This document shows positions 1 to 9,367 of a stretch of DNA of 49,084 bases, piece by piece. Numbering within the stretch: position 1 is the stretch's first letter; every line of letters begins with the position of its first letter. This DNA comes from a virus (lineage: Duplodnaviria > Heunggongvirae > Uroviricota > Caudoviricetes), in IMG/VR virus record IMGVR_UViG_2851982317_000003. The stretch is one strand, 5' to 3'. A program made the translations under genes and the position numbers. The notes beneath the pieces are model-generated. The model was given only the letters and a program-made list of their open reading frames with translations, did no database searches and was not told the origin of the DNA.

Positions 1-1284
1 TTACTTCTTCGCCTCTGCAACCACTTTACTACCCACGCCGCGGTTATTGTATTCCCACATGCGGTTGTAGTTAGTGTCATTCAGATTGCGCTGTATTTCG
101 TCGTTATCATCTACGCTGCCGGTATTACCCGCAAACGGACGATTAGAGATCACCGCATCGGCCCACGGTTTAGCCGTGTTAAAACCTTCGTTGATGGCGC
201 TATCACGGATCACCACCTGACCGTTGGTATTGGCATCAACATCCAGCGAGCGGCCCAGTTGCGCCACACCATCACCGAAAGCATTGAAACGGCTGTTTAC
301 GGCGAGGAAACCGTAGTAAATGTTGGACAGCGTAGCCGGTGCAAACACATACGCTTCTTGCTGAGTACGTGAGTTCACCACGCGGAATTCGGTGTTATCG
401 AACACCACTGCGCCGCGACCAGAAACGATATCCACATCCCCTTCAATGTAGCTGTTGGTCACCAGCGTACGCGGCTGACGATTCGTTTCCAGACGGTTCT
501 GCACACCGCTGTTGGTGACAAAGAAGGTGTTCTGACGACCGAGAATGTTAACGTTGTTAATCTGTACCTGGTCACCATCAGTACGCAGTGCCACCGCCGG
601 ATGGTTACCTGCATCTACGCTATCGCCCAGCGTGTTTTCGATGGTCAGATTTTGCAGTTGCAGGCCATTGTTTTGTGACCAGAAGACCGCAGAGCAGAGA
701 ACACCGATACTGTCGCTGCGTTTGCTCTGGCAGCTATCGTACATATACCACGCTGGTTTACCTGGCATATATTTGCCGCGCGGGTTGACGTCGTGACGCC
801 AGTCGGCAGGGCTCATGCCACCATCAAGGGAAAGCCCAATCTTCACATCAATCGGTTTTTCACCTGTACCGTACAGAGTAATTCCACCCGGAGCGGCAGG
901 GACATATACCGTTCCCTGATACTCACCAGGCATCACGGCAATATACTGGCGCTTGTTGGTACGCTTGATAATTGCCGCATCTACCGCCGCCTGAATCGTG
1001 GTATGCGTTACACCTTGAGTGCCCGCCGGGCCGACAACAAAGTCAGGTTGCGCAGGCAGGGTAATCGGGGAAGGATTCCACGCTGCAGCACCTGGTGTCA
1101 GGGATGCAAAATAGTGTTGAGCATCGAAATTCTGCGCTTCTTTTGCCGACAGAATCGGGCGAGAAGAGGTACCAGGCGCGGTTTGATCAGAAGGACGTTG
1201 ATCGGGCGGGGTTGAGCTACAGGCGGTCAGCGTCACGCCAAAAGCCAATGCCAGCGCCAGACGGGAAACTGAAAATGTGTTCAC
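1..1284 (-). CDS. ybhC: YbhC-like outer-membrane lipoprotein (pectinesterase / acyl-CoA thioesterase family); chromosomal gene flanking the prophage
   Basis: 427-aa ORF with lipoprotein-type signal (LTLTAC); lies immediately outside the lambda att core, as at E. coli attB-lambda. Confidence 0.85.
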   Translation of the reverse strand: MNTFSVSRLALALAFGVTLTACSSTPPDQRPSDQTAPGTSSRPILSAKEAQNFDAQHYFASLTPGAAAWNPSPITLPAQPDFVVGPAGTQGVTHTTIQAAVDAAIIKRTNKRQYIAVMPGEYQGTVYVPAAPGGITLYGTGEKPIDVKIGLSLDGGMSPADWRHDVNPRGKYMPGKPAWYMYDSCQSKRSDSIGVLCSAVFWSQNNGLQLQNLTIENTLGDSVDAGNHPAVALRTDGDQVQINNVNILGRQNTFFVTNSGVQNRLETNRQPRTLVTNSYIEGDVDIVSGRGAVVFDNTEFRVVNSRTQQEAYVFAPATLSNIYYGFLAVNSRFNAFGDGVAQLGRSLDVDANTNGQVVIRDSAINEGFNTAKPWADAVISNRPFAGNTGSVDDNDEIQRNLNDTNYNRMWEYNNRGVGSKVVAEAKK

Positions 1285-1320
1285 AGGTTGCTCCGGGCTA
1301 TGAAATAGAAAAATGAATCC

Positions 1321-1418
1321 GTTGAAGCCTGCTTTTTTATACTAAGTTGGCATTATAAAAAAGCATTGCTTATCAATTTGTTGCAACGAACAGGTCACTA
1401 TCAGTCAAAATAAAATCA
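1321..1418. other. attL: attL of a lambda-type integration (bacterial arm - core - P' arm); core GCTTTTTTATACTAA at 1331-1345
   Basis: Exact lambda 15-bp core followed by sequence recalled as the lambda P' arm (GTTGGCATTATAAAAAAGCATTGCTTATCAATTTGTTGCAACGAACAGG...) running into int. Confidence 0.9.
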
Positions 1419-2489
1419 TTATTTGATTTCAATTTTGTCCCACTCCCTGCCTCTGTCATCACGATACTGTGATGCCATGGTGTCCGACTTATGCCCGAGA
1501 AGATGTTGAGCAAACTTATCGCTTATCTGCTTCTCATAGAGTCTTGCAGACAAACTGCGCAACTCGTGAAAGGTAGGCGGATCCCCTTCGAAGGAAAGAC
1601 CTGATGCTTTTCGTGCGCGCATAAAATACCTTGATACTGTGCCGGATGAAAGCGGTTCACGACGAGTAGATGCAATTATGGTTTCTCCGCCAAGAATCTC
1701 TTTGCATTTATCAAGTGTTTCCTTCATTGATATCCCGAGAGCATCAACATGCAATGTTGTTGGGATGGCAATTTTTACGCCTGTTTTGCTTTGCTCGACA
1801 TAAAGATATCCATCTACGATATCAGACCACTTCATTTCGCATAAATCACCAACTCGTTGCCCGGTAACAACAGCCAGTTCCATTGCAAGTCTGAGCCAAC
1901 ATGGTGATGATTCTGCTGCTTGATAAATTTTCAGGTATTCGTCAGCCGTAAGTCTTGATCTCCTTACCTCTGATTTTGCTGCGCGAGTGGCAGCGACAGG
2001 GTTTGTTGTTATATGGCCTTCAGCTATTGCCTCTCGGAATGCATCGCTCAGTGTTGATCTGATTAACTTGGCTGACGCCGCCTTGCCCTCGTCTATGTAT
2101 CCATTGAGCATTGCCGCAATTTCTTTTGTGGTGATGTCTTCAAGTGGAGCATCAGGCAGCCCCCTCCTTATTGCTTTAATTTTGCTCATGTAATTTATGA
2201 GTGTCTTCTGCTTGATTCCTCTGCTGGCCAGGATTTTTTCGTAGCGATCAAGCCATGAATGTAACGTAACGGAATTATCACTGTTGATTCTCGCTGTCAG
2301 AGGCTTGTGTTTGTGTCCTGAAAATAACTCAATGTTGGCCTGTATGGCTTCAGTGATTGCGATTCGCCTGTCTCTGCCTAATCCAAACTCTTTACCCGTC
2401 CTTGGGTCCCTGTAGCAGTAATATCCATTGTTTCTTATATAAAGGTTAGGGGGTAAATCCCGGCGCTCATGACTTCGCCTTCTTCCCAT
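1419..2489 (-). CDS. int: Lambda integrase (tyrosine recombinase)
   Basis: 356-aa ORF matching lambda Int as recalled (MGRRRSHERRDLPPNLYIRNNGYYCYRDPRTGKEFGLG...); adjacent to attL. Confidence 0.97.
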   Translation of the reverse strand: MGRRRSHERRDLPPNLYIRNNGYYCYRDPRTGKEFGLGRDRRIAITEAIQANIELFSGHKHKPLTARINSDNSVTLHSWLDRYEKILASRGIKQKTLINYMSKIKAIRRGLPDAPLEDITTKEIAAMLNGYIDEGKAASAKLIRSTLSDAFREAIAEGHITTNPVAATRAAKSEVRRSRLTADEYLKIYQAAESSPCWLRLAMELAVVTGQRVGDLCEMKWSDIVDGYLYVEQSKTGVKIAIPTTLHVDALGISMKETLDKCKEILGGETIIASTRREPLSSGTVSRYFMRARKASGLSFEGDPPTFHELRSLSARLYEKQISDKFAQHLLGHKSDTMASQYRDDRGREWDKIEIK

Positions 2490-2685
2490 TTCTGATCCTC
2501 TTCAAAAGGCTACCTGTTACTGGTCGATTTAAGTCAACCTTTACCGCTGATTCGTGGAACAGATATTCTCTTCCATCCTTAACCGGAGGAGGGAATATCC
2601 TGCATTCGCGCACCCATCGACGAACTGTTTCAAGGCTTCTTGGGCGTCGCTGGCGAGCGTTCCACTCCTGAAGTGTCAAGTACAT
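2467..2685 (-). CDS. xis: Excisionase
   Basis: 72-aa ORF (MYLTLQEWNARQRRPRSLETVRRWVRECRIFPPP...) overlapping int start, as in lambda. Confidence 0.95.
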   Translation of the reverse strand: MYLTLQEWNARQRRPRSLETVRRWVRECRIFPPPVKDGREYLFHESAVKVDLNRPVTGSLLKRIRNGKKAKS

Positions 2686-2710
2686 CGCAAAGTCTCCGCA
2701 ATTACACGCA

Positions 2711-2733
2711 AGAAAAAACCGCCATCAGGCGGC
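2711..2733 (-). terminator. Candidate intrinsic terminator on minus strand (stem CCGCC/GGCGG + T-run)
   Basis: Plus-strand AAAAAACCGCCATCAGGCGG reads on the minus strand as a GC hairpin followed by TTTTTT. Confidence 0.4.
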
Positions 2734-2892
2734 TTGGTGTTCTTTCAGTTCTTCAATTCGAATATTGGTTATGTCTGCATGTGCTATCTGCGCCCATATC
2801 ATCCAGTGGTCGTAGCAGTCGTTGATGTTCTCCGCTTCGATAACTCTGTTGAATGGCTCTCCATTCCATTCTCCTGTGACTCGGAAGTGCAT
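2725..2892 (-). CDS. Small hypothetical early-left ORF (55 aa), not in the supplied ORF track
   Basis: ATG...TGA read by hand (MHFRVTGEWNGEPFNRVIEAENINDCYDHW...); sits between xis and ea8.5 on the early-left strand. Confidence 0.35.
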   Translation of the reverse strand: MHFRVTGEWNGEPFNRVIEAENINDCYDHWMIWAQIAHADITNIRIEELKEHQAA

Positions 2893-2979
2893 TTATCATC
2901 TCCATAAAACAAAACCCGCCGTAGCGAGTTCAGATAAAATAAAACCCGCGAGTGCGAGGATTGTTATGTAATATTGGGT

Positions 2980-3261
2980 TTAATCATCTATATGTTTTGT
3001 ACAGAGAGGGCAAGTATCGTTTCCACCGTACTCGTGATAATAATTTTGCACGGTATCAGTCATTTCTCGCACATTGCAGAATGGGGATTTGTCTTCATTA
3101 GACTTATAAACCTTCATGGAATATTTGTATGCCGACTCTATATCTATACCTTCATCTACATAAACACCTTCGTGATGTCTGCATGGAGACAAGACACCGG
3201 ATCTGCACAACATTGATAACGCCCAATCTTTTTGCTCAGACTCTAACTCATTGATACTCAT
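2980..3261 (-). CDS. ea8.5: Lambda Ea8.5-like protein
   Basis: 93-aa ORF in the lambda ea8.5 position; length and sequence recalled as Ea8.5. Confidence 0.8.
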   Translation of the reverse strand: MSINELESEQKDWALSMLCRSGVLSPCRHHEGVYVDEGIDIESAYKYSMKVYKSNEDKSPFCNVREMTDTVQNYYHEYGGNDTCPLCTKHIDD

Positions 3262-3452
3262 TTATAAACTCCTTGCAATGTATGTCGTTTCAGCTAAACG
3301 GTATCAGCAATGTTTATGTAAAGAAACAGTAAGATAATACTCAACCCGATGTTTGAGTACGGTCATCATCTGACACTACAGACTCTGGCATCGCTGTGAA
3401 GACGACGCGAAATTCAGCATTTTCACAAGCGTTATCTTTTACAAAACCGATC

Positions 3453-4001
3453 TCACTCTCCTTTGATGCGAATGCCAGCGTCAGACATCATATGCAGATA
3501 CTCACCTGCATCCTGAACCCATTGACCTCCAACCCCGTAATAGCGATGCGTAATGATGTCGATAGTTACTAACGGGTCTTGTTCGATTAACTGCCGCAGA
3601 AACTCTTCCAGGTCACCAGTGCAGTGCTTGATAACAGGAGTCTTCCCAGGATGGCGAACAACAAGAAACTGGTTTCCGTCTTCACGGACTTCGTTGCTTT
3701 CCAGTTTAGCAATACGCTTACTCCCATCCGAGATAACACCTTCGTAATACTCACGCTGCTCGTTGAGTTTTGATTTTGCTGTTTCAAGCTCAACACGCAG
3801 TTTCCCTACTGTTAGCGCAATATCCTCGTTCTCCTGGTCGCGGCGTTTGATGTATTGCTGGTTTCTTTCCCGTTCATCCAGCAGTTCCAGCACAATCGAT
3901 GGTGTTACCAATTCATGGAAAAGGTCTGCGTCAAATCCCCAGTCGTCATGCATTGCCTGCTCTGCCGCTTCACGCAGTGCCTGAGAGTTAATTTCGCTCA
4001 C
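3453..4001 (-). CDS. ea22: Lambda Ea22-like protein
   Basis: 182-aa ORF in the lambda ea22 position; length matches. Confidence 0.8.
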   Translation of the reverse strand: MSEINSQALREAAEQAMHDDWGFDADLFHELVTPSIVLELLDERERNQQYIKRRDQENEDIALTVGKLRVELETAKSKLNEQREYYEGVISDGSKRIAKLESNEVREDGNQFLVVRHPGKTPVIKHCTGDLEEFLRQLIEQDPLVTIDIITHRYYGVGGQWVQDAGEYLHMMSDAGIRIKGE

Positions 4002-4219
4002 TTCGAACCTCTCTGTTTACTGATAAGTTCCAGATCCTCCTGGCAACTTGCACAAGTCCGACAACCCTGAACGGCCAAGCGTCTTCGTTCATCTATCGGA
4101 TCGCCACACTCACAACAATGAGTGGCAGATATAGCCTGGTGGTTCAGGCGGCGCATTTTTATTGCTGTGTTGCGCTGTAATTCTTCAATTTCTGATGCTG
4201 AATCAATGATGTCTGCCAT
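3998..4219 (-). CDS. orf73: TraR/DksA-type C4 zinc-finger protein (lambda Orf73-like)
   Basis: 73-aa ORF with CxxC...CxxC motif (CCECGDPIDERRRLAVQGCRTCASCQ). Confidence 0.8.
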   Translation of the reverse strand: MADIIDSASEIEELQRNTAIKMRRLNHQAISATHCCECGDPIDERRRLAVQGCRTCASCQEDLELISKQRGSK

Positions 4220-4272
4220 CTTTCATTAATCCCTGAATTGTTGGTTAATACGCTTGAGGGTGAATGCGAATA

Positions 4273-4295
4273 ATAAAAAAGGAGCCTGTAGCTCC
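4273..4295 (-). terminator. Candidate intrinsic terminator within the early-left operon
   Basis: Plus-strand AAAAAAGGAGCCTGTAGCTCC reads on the minus strand as a GGAGC/GCTCC hairpin followed by TTTTTT. Confidence 0.4.
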
Positions 4296-4317
4296 ATGAT
4301 GATTTTGTTTTTCATGC

Positions 4318-4533
4318 TCACCGTTCCTTAAAGACGCCGTTTAACATGCCGATCGCCAGGCTTAAATGAGTCGGTGTGAATCCCATCAGCGTTACCGTTT
4401 CGCGGTGCTTCTTCAGTACGCTACGGCAAATGTCATCGACGTTTTTATCCGGAAACTGCTGTCTGGCTTTTTTGATTTCAGAATTAGCCTGACGGGCAAT
4501 GCTGCGAAGGGCGTTTTCCTGCTGAGGTGTCAT
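4318..4533 (-). CDS. Lambda orf61-region small protein (start taken at internal Met MTPQQENAL; ORF extends to 4599)
   Basis: ORF in the lambda orf61 position; start choice uncertain. Confidence 0.6.
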   Translation of the reverse strand: MTPQQENALRSIARQANSEIKKARQQFPDKNVDDICRSVLKKHRETVTLMGFTPTHLSLAIGMLNGVFKER

Positions 4534-4609
4534 TGAACAAGTCCCATGTCGGCAAGCATAAGCACACAGAATATGAAGCCCGCTGCCAGAAAAATGCATT
4601 CAGTGGTTG

Positions 4610-4801
4610 TCATACCTGGTCTCTCTCATCTGCTTCTGCTTTCGCCACCATCATTTCCAGCTTTTGTGAAAGGGATGCGGCTAACGTGTGAAATTCTTCG
4701 TCTGTTTCTACTGGTATTGGCACAAACCTGACTCCAATTTGAGCGAGGCTATGTGCCATCTCGATACTCGTTCTTAACTCAACGGGAGATGCTTTGTGCA
4801 T
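4610..4801 (-). CDS. orf63: Lambda Orf63-like protein
   Basis: 63-aa ORF ([23 protein letters not shown]...) in the lambda orf63 position. Confidence 0.8.
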   Translation of the reverse strand: MHKASPVELRTSIEMAHSLAQIGVRFVPIPVETDEEFHTLAASLSQKLEMMVAKAEADERDQV

Positions 4802-4962
4802 ACAGCTCCCCGTTTATTATTTATCTCCTCAGCCAGCCGCTGTGCTTTCAGGGGATTTCGGATAACAGAAAGGCCGGGAAATACCCAGCCTCGCTTCGTA
4901 ACGGAGTAGACGAAAGTGATCGTGCCTACGCGGATATTATCGTGAGGATGTTTCATCGCCAT
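4774..4962 (-). CDS. orf60a: Lambda Orf60a-like protein
   Basis: 62-aa ORF just upstream of exo on the minus strand. Confidence 0.7.
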   Translation of the reverse strand: MAMKHPHDNIRVGTITFVYSVTKRGWVFPGLSVIRNPLKAQRLAEEINNKRGAVCTKHLPLS

Positions 4963-5633
4963 TGCTCCCCAAATACAAAACCAATTTCAGCCAGTGCCTC
5001 GTCCATTTTTTCGATGAACTCCGGCACCATCTCGTCAAAACTCGCCATGTACTTTTCATCCCGCTCAACCACGACATAATGCAGTCCTTCACGCTTCATA
5101 CGCGGGTCATAGTTGGCAAAGTACCAGGCATCTTTTCGCGTCACCCACATGCTGTACTGCACCTGGGCCATGTAAGCCGACTTTATGGCCTCGAAACCAC
5201 CGAGCCGGAACTTCATGAAATCCCGGGAGGTAAACGGGCATTTCAGCTCAAGGCCATTGCCGTCACTGCATAAACCATCGGGAGAGCAGGCGGTACGCAT
5301 ACTTTCGTCGCGATAGATGATCGGGGATTCAGTAACATTCACGCCGGAAGTGAATTCAAACAGAGTTCTGGCGTCGTTCTCGTACTGTTTTCCCCATGCC
5401 AGCGCCTTAGCATTAACTTCCGGAGCCACACCGGTGCAAACCTCAGCCAGCAGGGTGTGGAAGTAGGACATTTTCATGTCAGGCCACTTTTTTCCGGAGC
5501 GGGGTTTTGCTATCACATTGTGAACTTCTGAAGCGGTGATGACGCCGAGCCGTAATTTGTGCCACGCATCATCCCCCTGTTCGACAGCTCTCACGTCGAT
5601 TCCGGTACGCTGCAGGATAATGTCCGGTGTCAT
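4953..5633 (-). CDS. exo: Lambda exonuclease (Red-alpha)
   Basis: 226-aa ORF ([43 protein letters not shown]...). Confidence 0.97.
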   Translation of the reverse strand: MTPDIILQRTGIDVRAVEQGDDAWHKLRLGVITASEVHNVIAKPRSGKKWPDMKMSYFHTLLAEVCTGVAPEVNAKALAWGKQYENDARTLFEFTSGVNVTESPIIYRDESMRTACSPDGLCSDGNGLELKCPFTSRDFMKFRLGGFEAIKSAYMAQVQYSMWVTRKDAWYFANYDPRMKREGLHYVVVERDEKYMASFDEMVPEFIEKMDEALAEIGFVFGEQWR

Positions 5634-6415
5634 GCAGCCACCTTCTGCTCAGTGGCTTTCTGTTTCAGGAATCCAAGAGCTTTCACTGCTTCGGCCTGTG
5701 TCAGTTCTGACGATGCGCGAATGTCGCGGCGAAATATCTGGGAACAGAGCGGCAATAAGTCGTCATCCCATGTTTTATCCAGGGCAATCAGCAGAGTGTT
5801 AATCTCCTGCATGGTTTCATCGTTAACCGGAGTGATGTCGCGTTCCGGCTGACGTTCTGCAGTGTATGCGGTATTTTCGACAATGCGCTCGGCTTCATCC
5901 TTGTCATAGATACCAGCAAATCCGAAGGCGAGACGGGCACACTGAATCATGGCTTTATGCCGTAACATCCGTTTGGGATGCGACTGCCACGGCCCCGTGA
6001 TTTCTCTGCCTTCGCGGGTTTTGAATGGTTCGCGGCGGCATTCATCCATCCACTCGGTAACGCAGATCGGATGATTGCGGTCTTTGCGGTAAATCCGGCA
6101 TGTGCAGGATTCGTTGTCCTGTTCAAAGTCCATGCCGTCAAACTGCTGGTTTTCGTTGATGATGCGGGACCAGCCATCAACGCCCACCACCGGAACGATG
6201 CCGTTCTGCTTATCAGGGAAGGCGTAAATTTCTTTCGTCCACGGATTAAGACCGTACTGGTTGGCGACGATCAGCAATGCGATGAACTGCGCATCGCTGG
6301 CATCACCTTTAAATGCCGTCTGGCGAAGAGTGGTGATCAGTTCCTGTGGGTCGACAGAATCCATGCCGACTCGTTCAGCCAGCTTCCCAGCCAGCGTTGC
6401 GAGTGCTGTACTCAT
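5630..6415 (-). CDS. bet: Bet single-strand annealing protein (Red-beta)
   Basis: 261-aa ORF ([37 protein letters not shown]...); overlaps exo start. Confidence 0.97.
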   Translation of the reverse strand: MSTALATLAGKLAERVGMDSVDPQELITTLRQTAFKGDASDAQFIALLIVANQYGLNPWTKEIYAFPDKQNGIVPVVGVDGWSRIINENQQFDGMDFEQDNESCTCRIYRKDRNHPICVTEWMDECRREPFKTREGREITGPWQSHPKRMLRHKAMIQCARLAFGFAGIYDKDEAERIVENTAYTAERQPERDITPVNDETMQEINTLLIALDKTWDDDLLPLCSQIFRRDIRASSELTQAEAVKALGFLKQKATEQKVAA

Positions 6416-6420
6416 CCGTT

Positions 6421-6717
6421 TTATACCTCTGAATCAATATCAACCTGGTGGTGAGCAATGGTTTCAACCATGTACCGGATGTGTTCTGCCATGCGCTCCT
6501 GAAACTCAACATCGTCATCAAACGCACGGGTAATGGCTTTTTTGCTGGCCCCGTGGCGTTGCAAATGATCGATGCATAGCGATTCAAACAGGTGCTGGGG
6601 CAGGCCTTTTTCCATGTCGTCTGCCAGTTCTGCCTCTTTCTCTTCACGGGCGATCTGCTGGTAGTGACGCACCCAGCTCTGAGCCTCAAGACGATCCTGA
6701 ATGTAATAAGCGTTCAT
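6421..6717 (-). CDS. gam: Gam, RecBCD inhibitor (98-aa GamS-length form)
   Basis: [56 protein letters not shown]... Confidence 0.95.
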   Translation of the reverse strand: MNAYYIQDRLEAQSWVRHYQQIAREEKEAELADDMEKGLPQHLFESLCIDHLQRHGASKKAITRAFDDDVEFQERMAEHIRYMVETIAHHQVDIDSEV

Positions 6718-6792
6718 GGCTGAACTCCTGAAAATGGCTGTGAAAATATCGCCCGCGAAATGCCAGGCTGATTAGAAAAACAGGAAAGGGGA

Positions 6793-6999
6793 TTAGTGAT
6801 TCAGGCCGTTGCCGCGTCCGTCGAGAAAAACTTCCACGAGCAAGTCACGGGTATAAGTGCGCTCGATGCCGCGATGCAGATAAAGCCGTCCGCGTAAATT
6901 AGCTGATGCAGTCCAGGTACCATCTTTGTGTTTGACCAGCATTCCTGGCATGACCGCACCGCGATTAACGGTCTGCGTTCCGTAATGTTGATGAACCAT
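6793..6999 (-). CDS. kil: Kil-family host cell-division inhibitor (KilR-like), start at internal Met with AGGAG RBS
   Basis: 68-aa reading MVHQHYGTQTVNRGAVMPGMLVKHKDGTWTASANLRGRLYLHRG...VFLDGRG with KilR-like pattern (H..GT...PG..V.H...T..ASAN...LY...VFLGRDG); kil position next to gam. Confidence 0.6.
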   Translation of the reverse strand: MVHQHYGTQTVNRGAVMPGMLVKHKDGTWTASANLRGRLYLHRGIERTYTRDLLVEVFLDGRGNGLNH

Positions 7000-7259
7000 A
7001 AAAACTCCTGCCCGTAAGCTGGGCTGCTGAACATATAAAGACTTCTGCGCGTATTCAGGCGGTGGATGGCCGCCGGTTGTCATAACTAAGCCGCCTCGTT
7101 GAAGCGACTGAGGTATGAAGTGTTGAGTTGATTTCAGCTGGTCACACCGACGTTCACGCGTCCGCTTCACCCCTCGCACTCCCCGGAGCCTGCTGAAATT
7201 CAAGCTGCGGATCTAAGCGGTCATCGCAACGGTGAATCAGGTGATTGCCGTATCGTTGT

Positions 7260-7400
7260 GTTGTTGCGACATGGTGATAATAGCTATTGCTATTGATGAT
7301 ATCAATACTTATTGCTATTGATAGATGTGTTTTGATATTAAATATTTGATAGCAAAAAGAATTAATTTTGTGACTTGCATCGCATAGCGATAACTGAAGC
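7260..7400 (-). promoter_or_regulatory. Candidate OL/pL operator-promoter region (leftward early promoter)
   Basis: AT-rich block with repeated TTGCTATTG / TATTGAT motifs and an ATTGATGATATCAAT inverted repeat; the same words recur in the cI-cro intergenic region. Confidence 0.45.
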
Positions 7401-7444
7401 GGGGTTGTGGTGGTTTTTTGAACGGTGTGTGTGATGAGGGGAGG

Positions 7445-7472
7445 TAAAAGAAAACCCGGCACGGTGGCCGGG
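7445..7472 (-). terminator. Intrinsic terminator downstream of the DUF4411 gene (hairpin CCCGGC-ACGGTG-GCCGGG, U-run on minus strand; plausibly bidirectional)
   Basis: Perfect 6-bp GC stem with T-rich tracts on both sides, immediately after the stop of the 7478-7990 gene. Confidence 0.6.
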
Positions 7473-7477
7473 ACGTT

Positions 7478-7990
7478 TTATTTCAAAGAAAAATTATGAC
7501 TAGCGTATCTTGGAAGAAATTCATATAGTGTTAATGTCTTAACGCCGTGAGAAGCAGCAGCATCCGGGATCATTATTCTTTTTTTAGGTTTGCCACCGGA
7601 TGGTTTCTCATGGGTAATAATAGTATATCCATGTGTCATCGCATGGGCTATTAAAAAAGCATCTGCTTTTTCATGGCTTGCAAAATCAAACTTTGCCTTT
7701 TCGGTAACATCTAATTTAGTTGACCAATTTATTAACTTTGCATAATTTTCTATTGAACTATGCTCATCTTCGAAGAATGATGATGGTAACTCTTCTTTAA
7801 TCCATTTACACAATGGATCATCTTTTGCACATAGTTCTTTTTTTACAGCATTAATGCTATAAATCAGACCATTAATGTGTAAAGCGAGAAGAAAATCCCA
7901 AAATATTTTGCAATAATTGAAGTTATATGCAAAGTTTTTTGCCTCTATGAAGACATTACTATCAATTAAGAATTTTCCATTATGAATCAT
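7478..7990 (-). CDS. DUF4411-family (PIN-like fold) protein; second gene of the cI-proximal accessory cassette
   Basis: 170-aa ORF (MIHNGKFLIDSNVFIEAKNF...); start overlaps the stop of the upstream peptidase gene (ATGA), i.e. translationally coupled. Confidence 0.65.
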   Translation of the reverse strand: MIHNGKFLIDSNVFIEAKNFAYNFNYCKIFWDFLLALHINGLIYSINAVKKELCAKDDPLCKWIKEELPSSFFEDEHSSIENYAKLINWSTKLDVTEKAKFDFASHEKADAFLIAHAMTHGYTIITHEKPSGGKPKKRIMIPDAAASHGVKTLTLYEFLPRYASHNFSLK

Positions 7991-8581
7991 AGAGATTCTC
8001 GTTTTTTATAAAATTCAACAACTGTATCTGCTTTTACATTTAGCAGTACGCCTGCTTCCCTTAATGGTAATTGTTGAGACATTGCTTTGGAAATTATTAT
8101 ATTCGTAAGTTTTGGACTGTTGCGAACAGGTAATGTGTTAAAGAAAGAACCACCATTAGATTCTTTTTTGGGCTTATTGTAAGCTTGATCTTTAATTATC
8201 TCCAAAGTGTTTCTTTCTATCAAATCTAATTGTAACGCTTTGATTGCACAAGCGAAATCACTAACCTTAAATAACTTAGAAACCTCTTTTACTCGATAAT
8301 AATTATTATCGCTGGATGCATTAAGCCAGAAAGATTTGAAGAGATTATCAGGCATTAAGATTTCAGCAGCAACTTTATTACAAAAAGATTCTATGTTTTT
8401 TTCTGTGTCCCACCCAGAGACTCCATCGACTCCAAGCCAAAGATGAGCCACCTCATGAAATAATGTAAATACCTGCGCAGATAACGCGTCCGAGCTATTT
8501 ACAAAAATGATCGGAGCAACGCTATCAGATATACAGAAACCACGAAACTCTCGCGTGTCAAGTTTTCTTTTATTATTATTA

Positions 8582-8590
8582 CCCACAACA
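8582..8590. repeat. IS1 target-site duplication, left copy (CCCACAACA)
   Basis: 9-bp direct repeat abutting the IS1 left terminus. Confidence 0.9.
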
Positions 8591-8645
8591 GGTGATGCTG
8601 CCAACTTACTGATTTAGTGTATGATGGTGTTTTTGAGGTGCTCCA

Positions 8646-8921
8646 GTGGCTTCCATTTCCATCAGATGTCCTTCCTGCTCCGCTACTGAAGGCGTGGTGC
8701 GTAACGGCAAAAGCACTGCCGGACATCAGCGCTATCTCTGCTCTCACTGCCGTAAAACATGGCAACTGCAGTTCACTTACACCGCTTCTCAACCCGGTAC
8801 GCACCAGAAAATCATTGATATGGCCATGAATGGCGTTGGATGCCGGGCAACAGCCCGCATTATGGGCATTGGCCTCAACACGATTTTACGTCACTTAAAA
8901 AACTCAGGCCGCAGTCGGTAA
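8646..8921 (+). CDS. insA: IS1 InsA
   Basis: 91-aa [46 protein letters not shown]... Confidence 0.95.
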   Translation: MASISIRCPSCSATEGVVRNGKSTAGHQRYLCSHCRKTWQLQFTYTASQPGTHQKIIDMAMNGVGCRATARIMGIGLNTILRHLKNSGRSR

Positions 8922-9343
8922 CCTCGCGCATACAGCCGGGCAGTGACGTCATCGTCTGCGCGGAAATGGACGAACAGTGGGGCTATGTCGGGGCTAAATC
9001 GCGCCAGCGCTGGCTGTTTTACGCGTATGACAGGCTCCGGAAGACGGTTGTTGCGCACGTATTCGGTGAACGCACTATGGCGACGCTGGGGCGTCTTATG
9101 AGCCTGCTGTCACCCTTTGACGTGGTGATATGGATGACGGATGGCTGGCCGCTGTATGAATCCCGCCTGAAGGGAAAGCTGCACGTAATCAGCAAGCGAT
9201 ATACGCAGCGAATTGAGCGGCATAACCTGAATCTGAGGCAGCACCTGGCACGGCTGGGACGGAAGTCGCTGTCGTTCTCAAAATCGGTGGAGCTGCATGA
9301 CAAAGTCATCGGGCATTATCTGAACATAAAACACTATCAATAA
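8840..9343 (+). CDS. insB: IS1 InsB (made as an InsAB' fusion by frameshifting)
   Basis: 167-aa ORF in the -1 frame overlapping insA. Confidence 0.9.
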   Translation: MPGNSPHYGHWPQHDFTSLKKLRPQSVTSRIQPGSDVIVCAEMDEQWGYVGAKSRQRWLFYAYDRLRKTVVAHVFGERTMATLGRLMSLLSPFDVVIWMTDGWPLYESRLKGKLHVISKRYTQRIERHNLNLRQHLARLGRKSLSFSKSVELHDKVIGHYLNIKHYQ

Positions 9344-9358
9344 GTTGGAGTCATTACC

Positions 9359-9367
9359 CCCACAACA
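9359..9367. repeat. IS1 target-site duplication, right copy (CCCACAACA)
   Basis: Identical 9-mer abutting the IS1 right terminus. Confidence 0.9.

Larger units (their letters stand above)
8591..9358 (+). mobile_element. IS1 insertion sequence (768 bp)
   Basis: Termini GGTGATGCTGCCAACTTACTGAT ... ATCAATAAGTTGGAGTCATTACC, insA and insB ORFs, flanked by 9-bp direct repeats. Confidence 0.95.

Noticed and set aside
2554-2907. 117-aa and 61-aa plus-strand ORFs between xis and ea8.5
   Set aside because: They are antisense to the early-left operon, overlap xis, and lack start signals; a 55-aa minus-strand ORF with an adjacent terminator explains the region better.
6718-6800. Longer 138-aa form of Gam starting upstream
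   Set aside because: The frame upstream of MNAYY is not continuous with a usable start in this sequence; only the 98-aa GamS-length form is supported.
7154-7462. 102-aa minus-strand ORF spanning the OL-like repeats and the terminator hairpin
   Set aside because: It overlaps the operator/promoter repeats and the terminator stem, has no RBS and odd composition; more likely regulatory DNA than coding.
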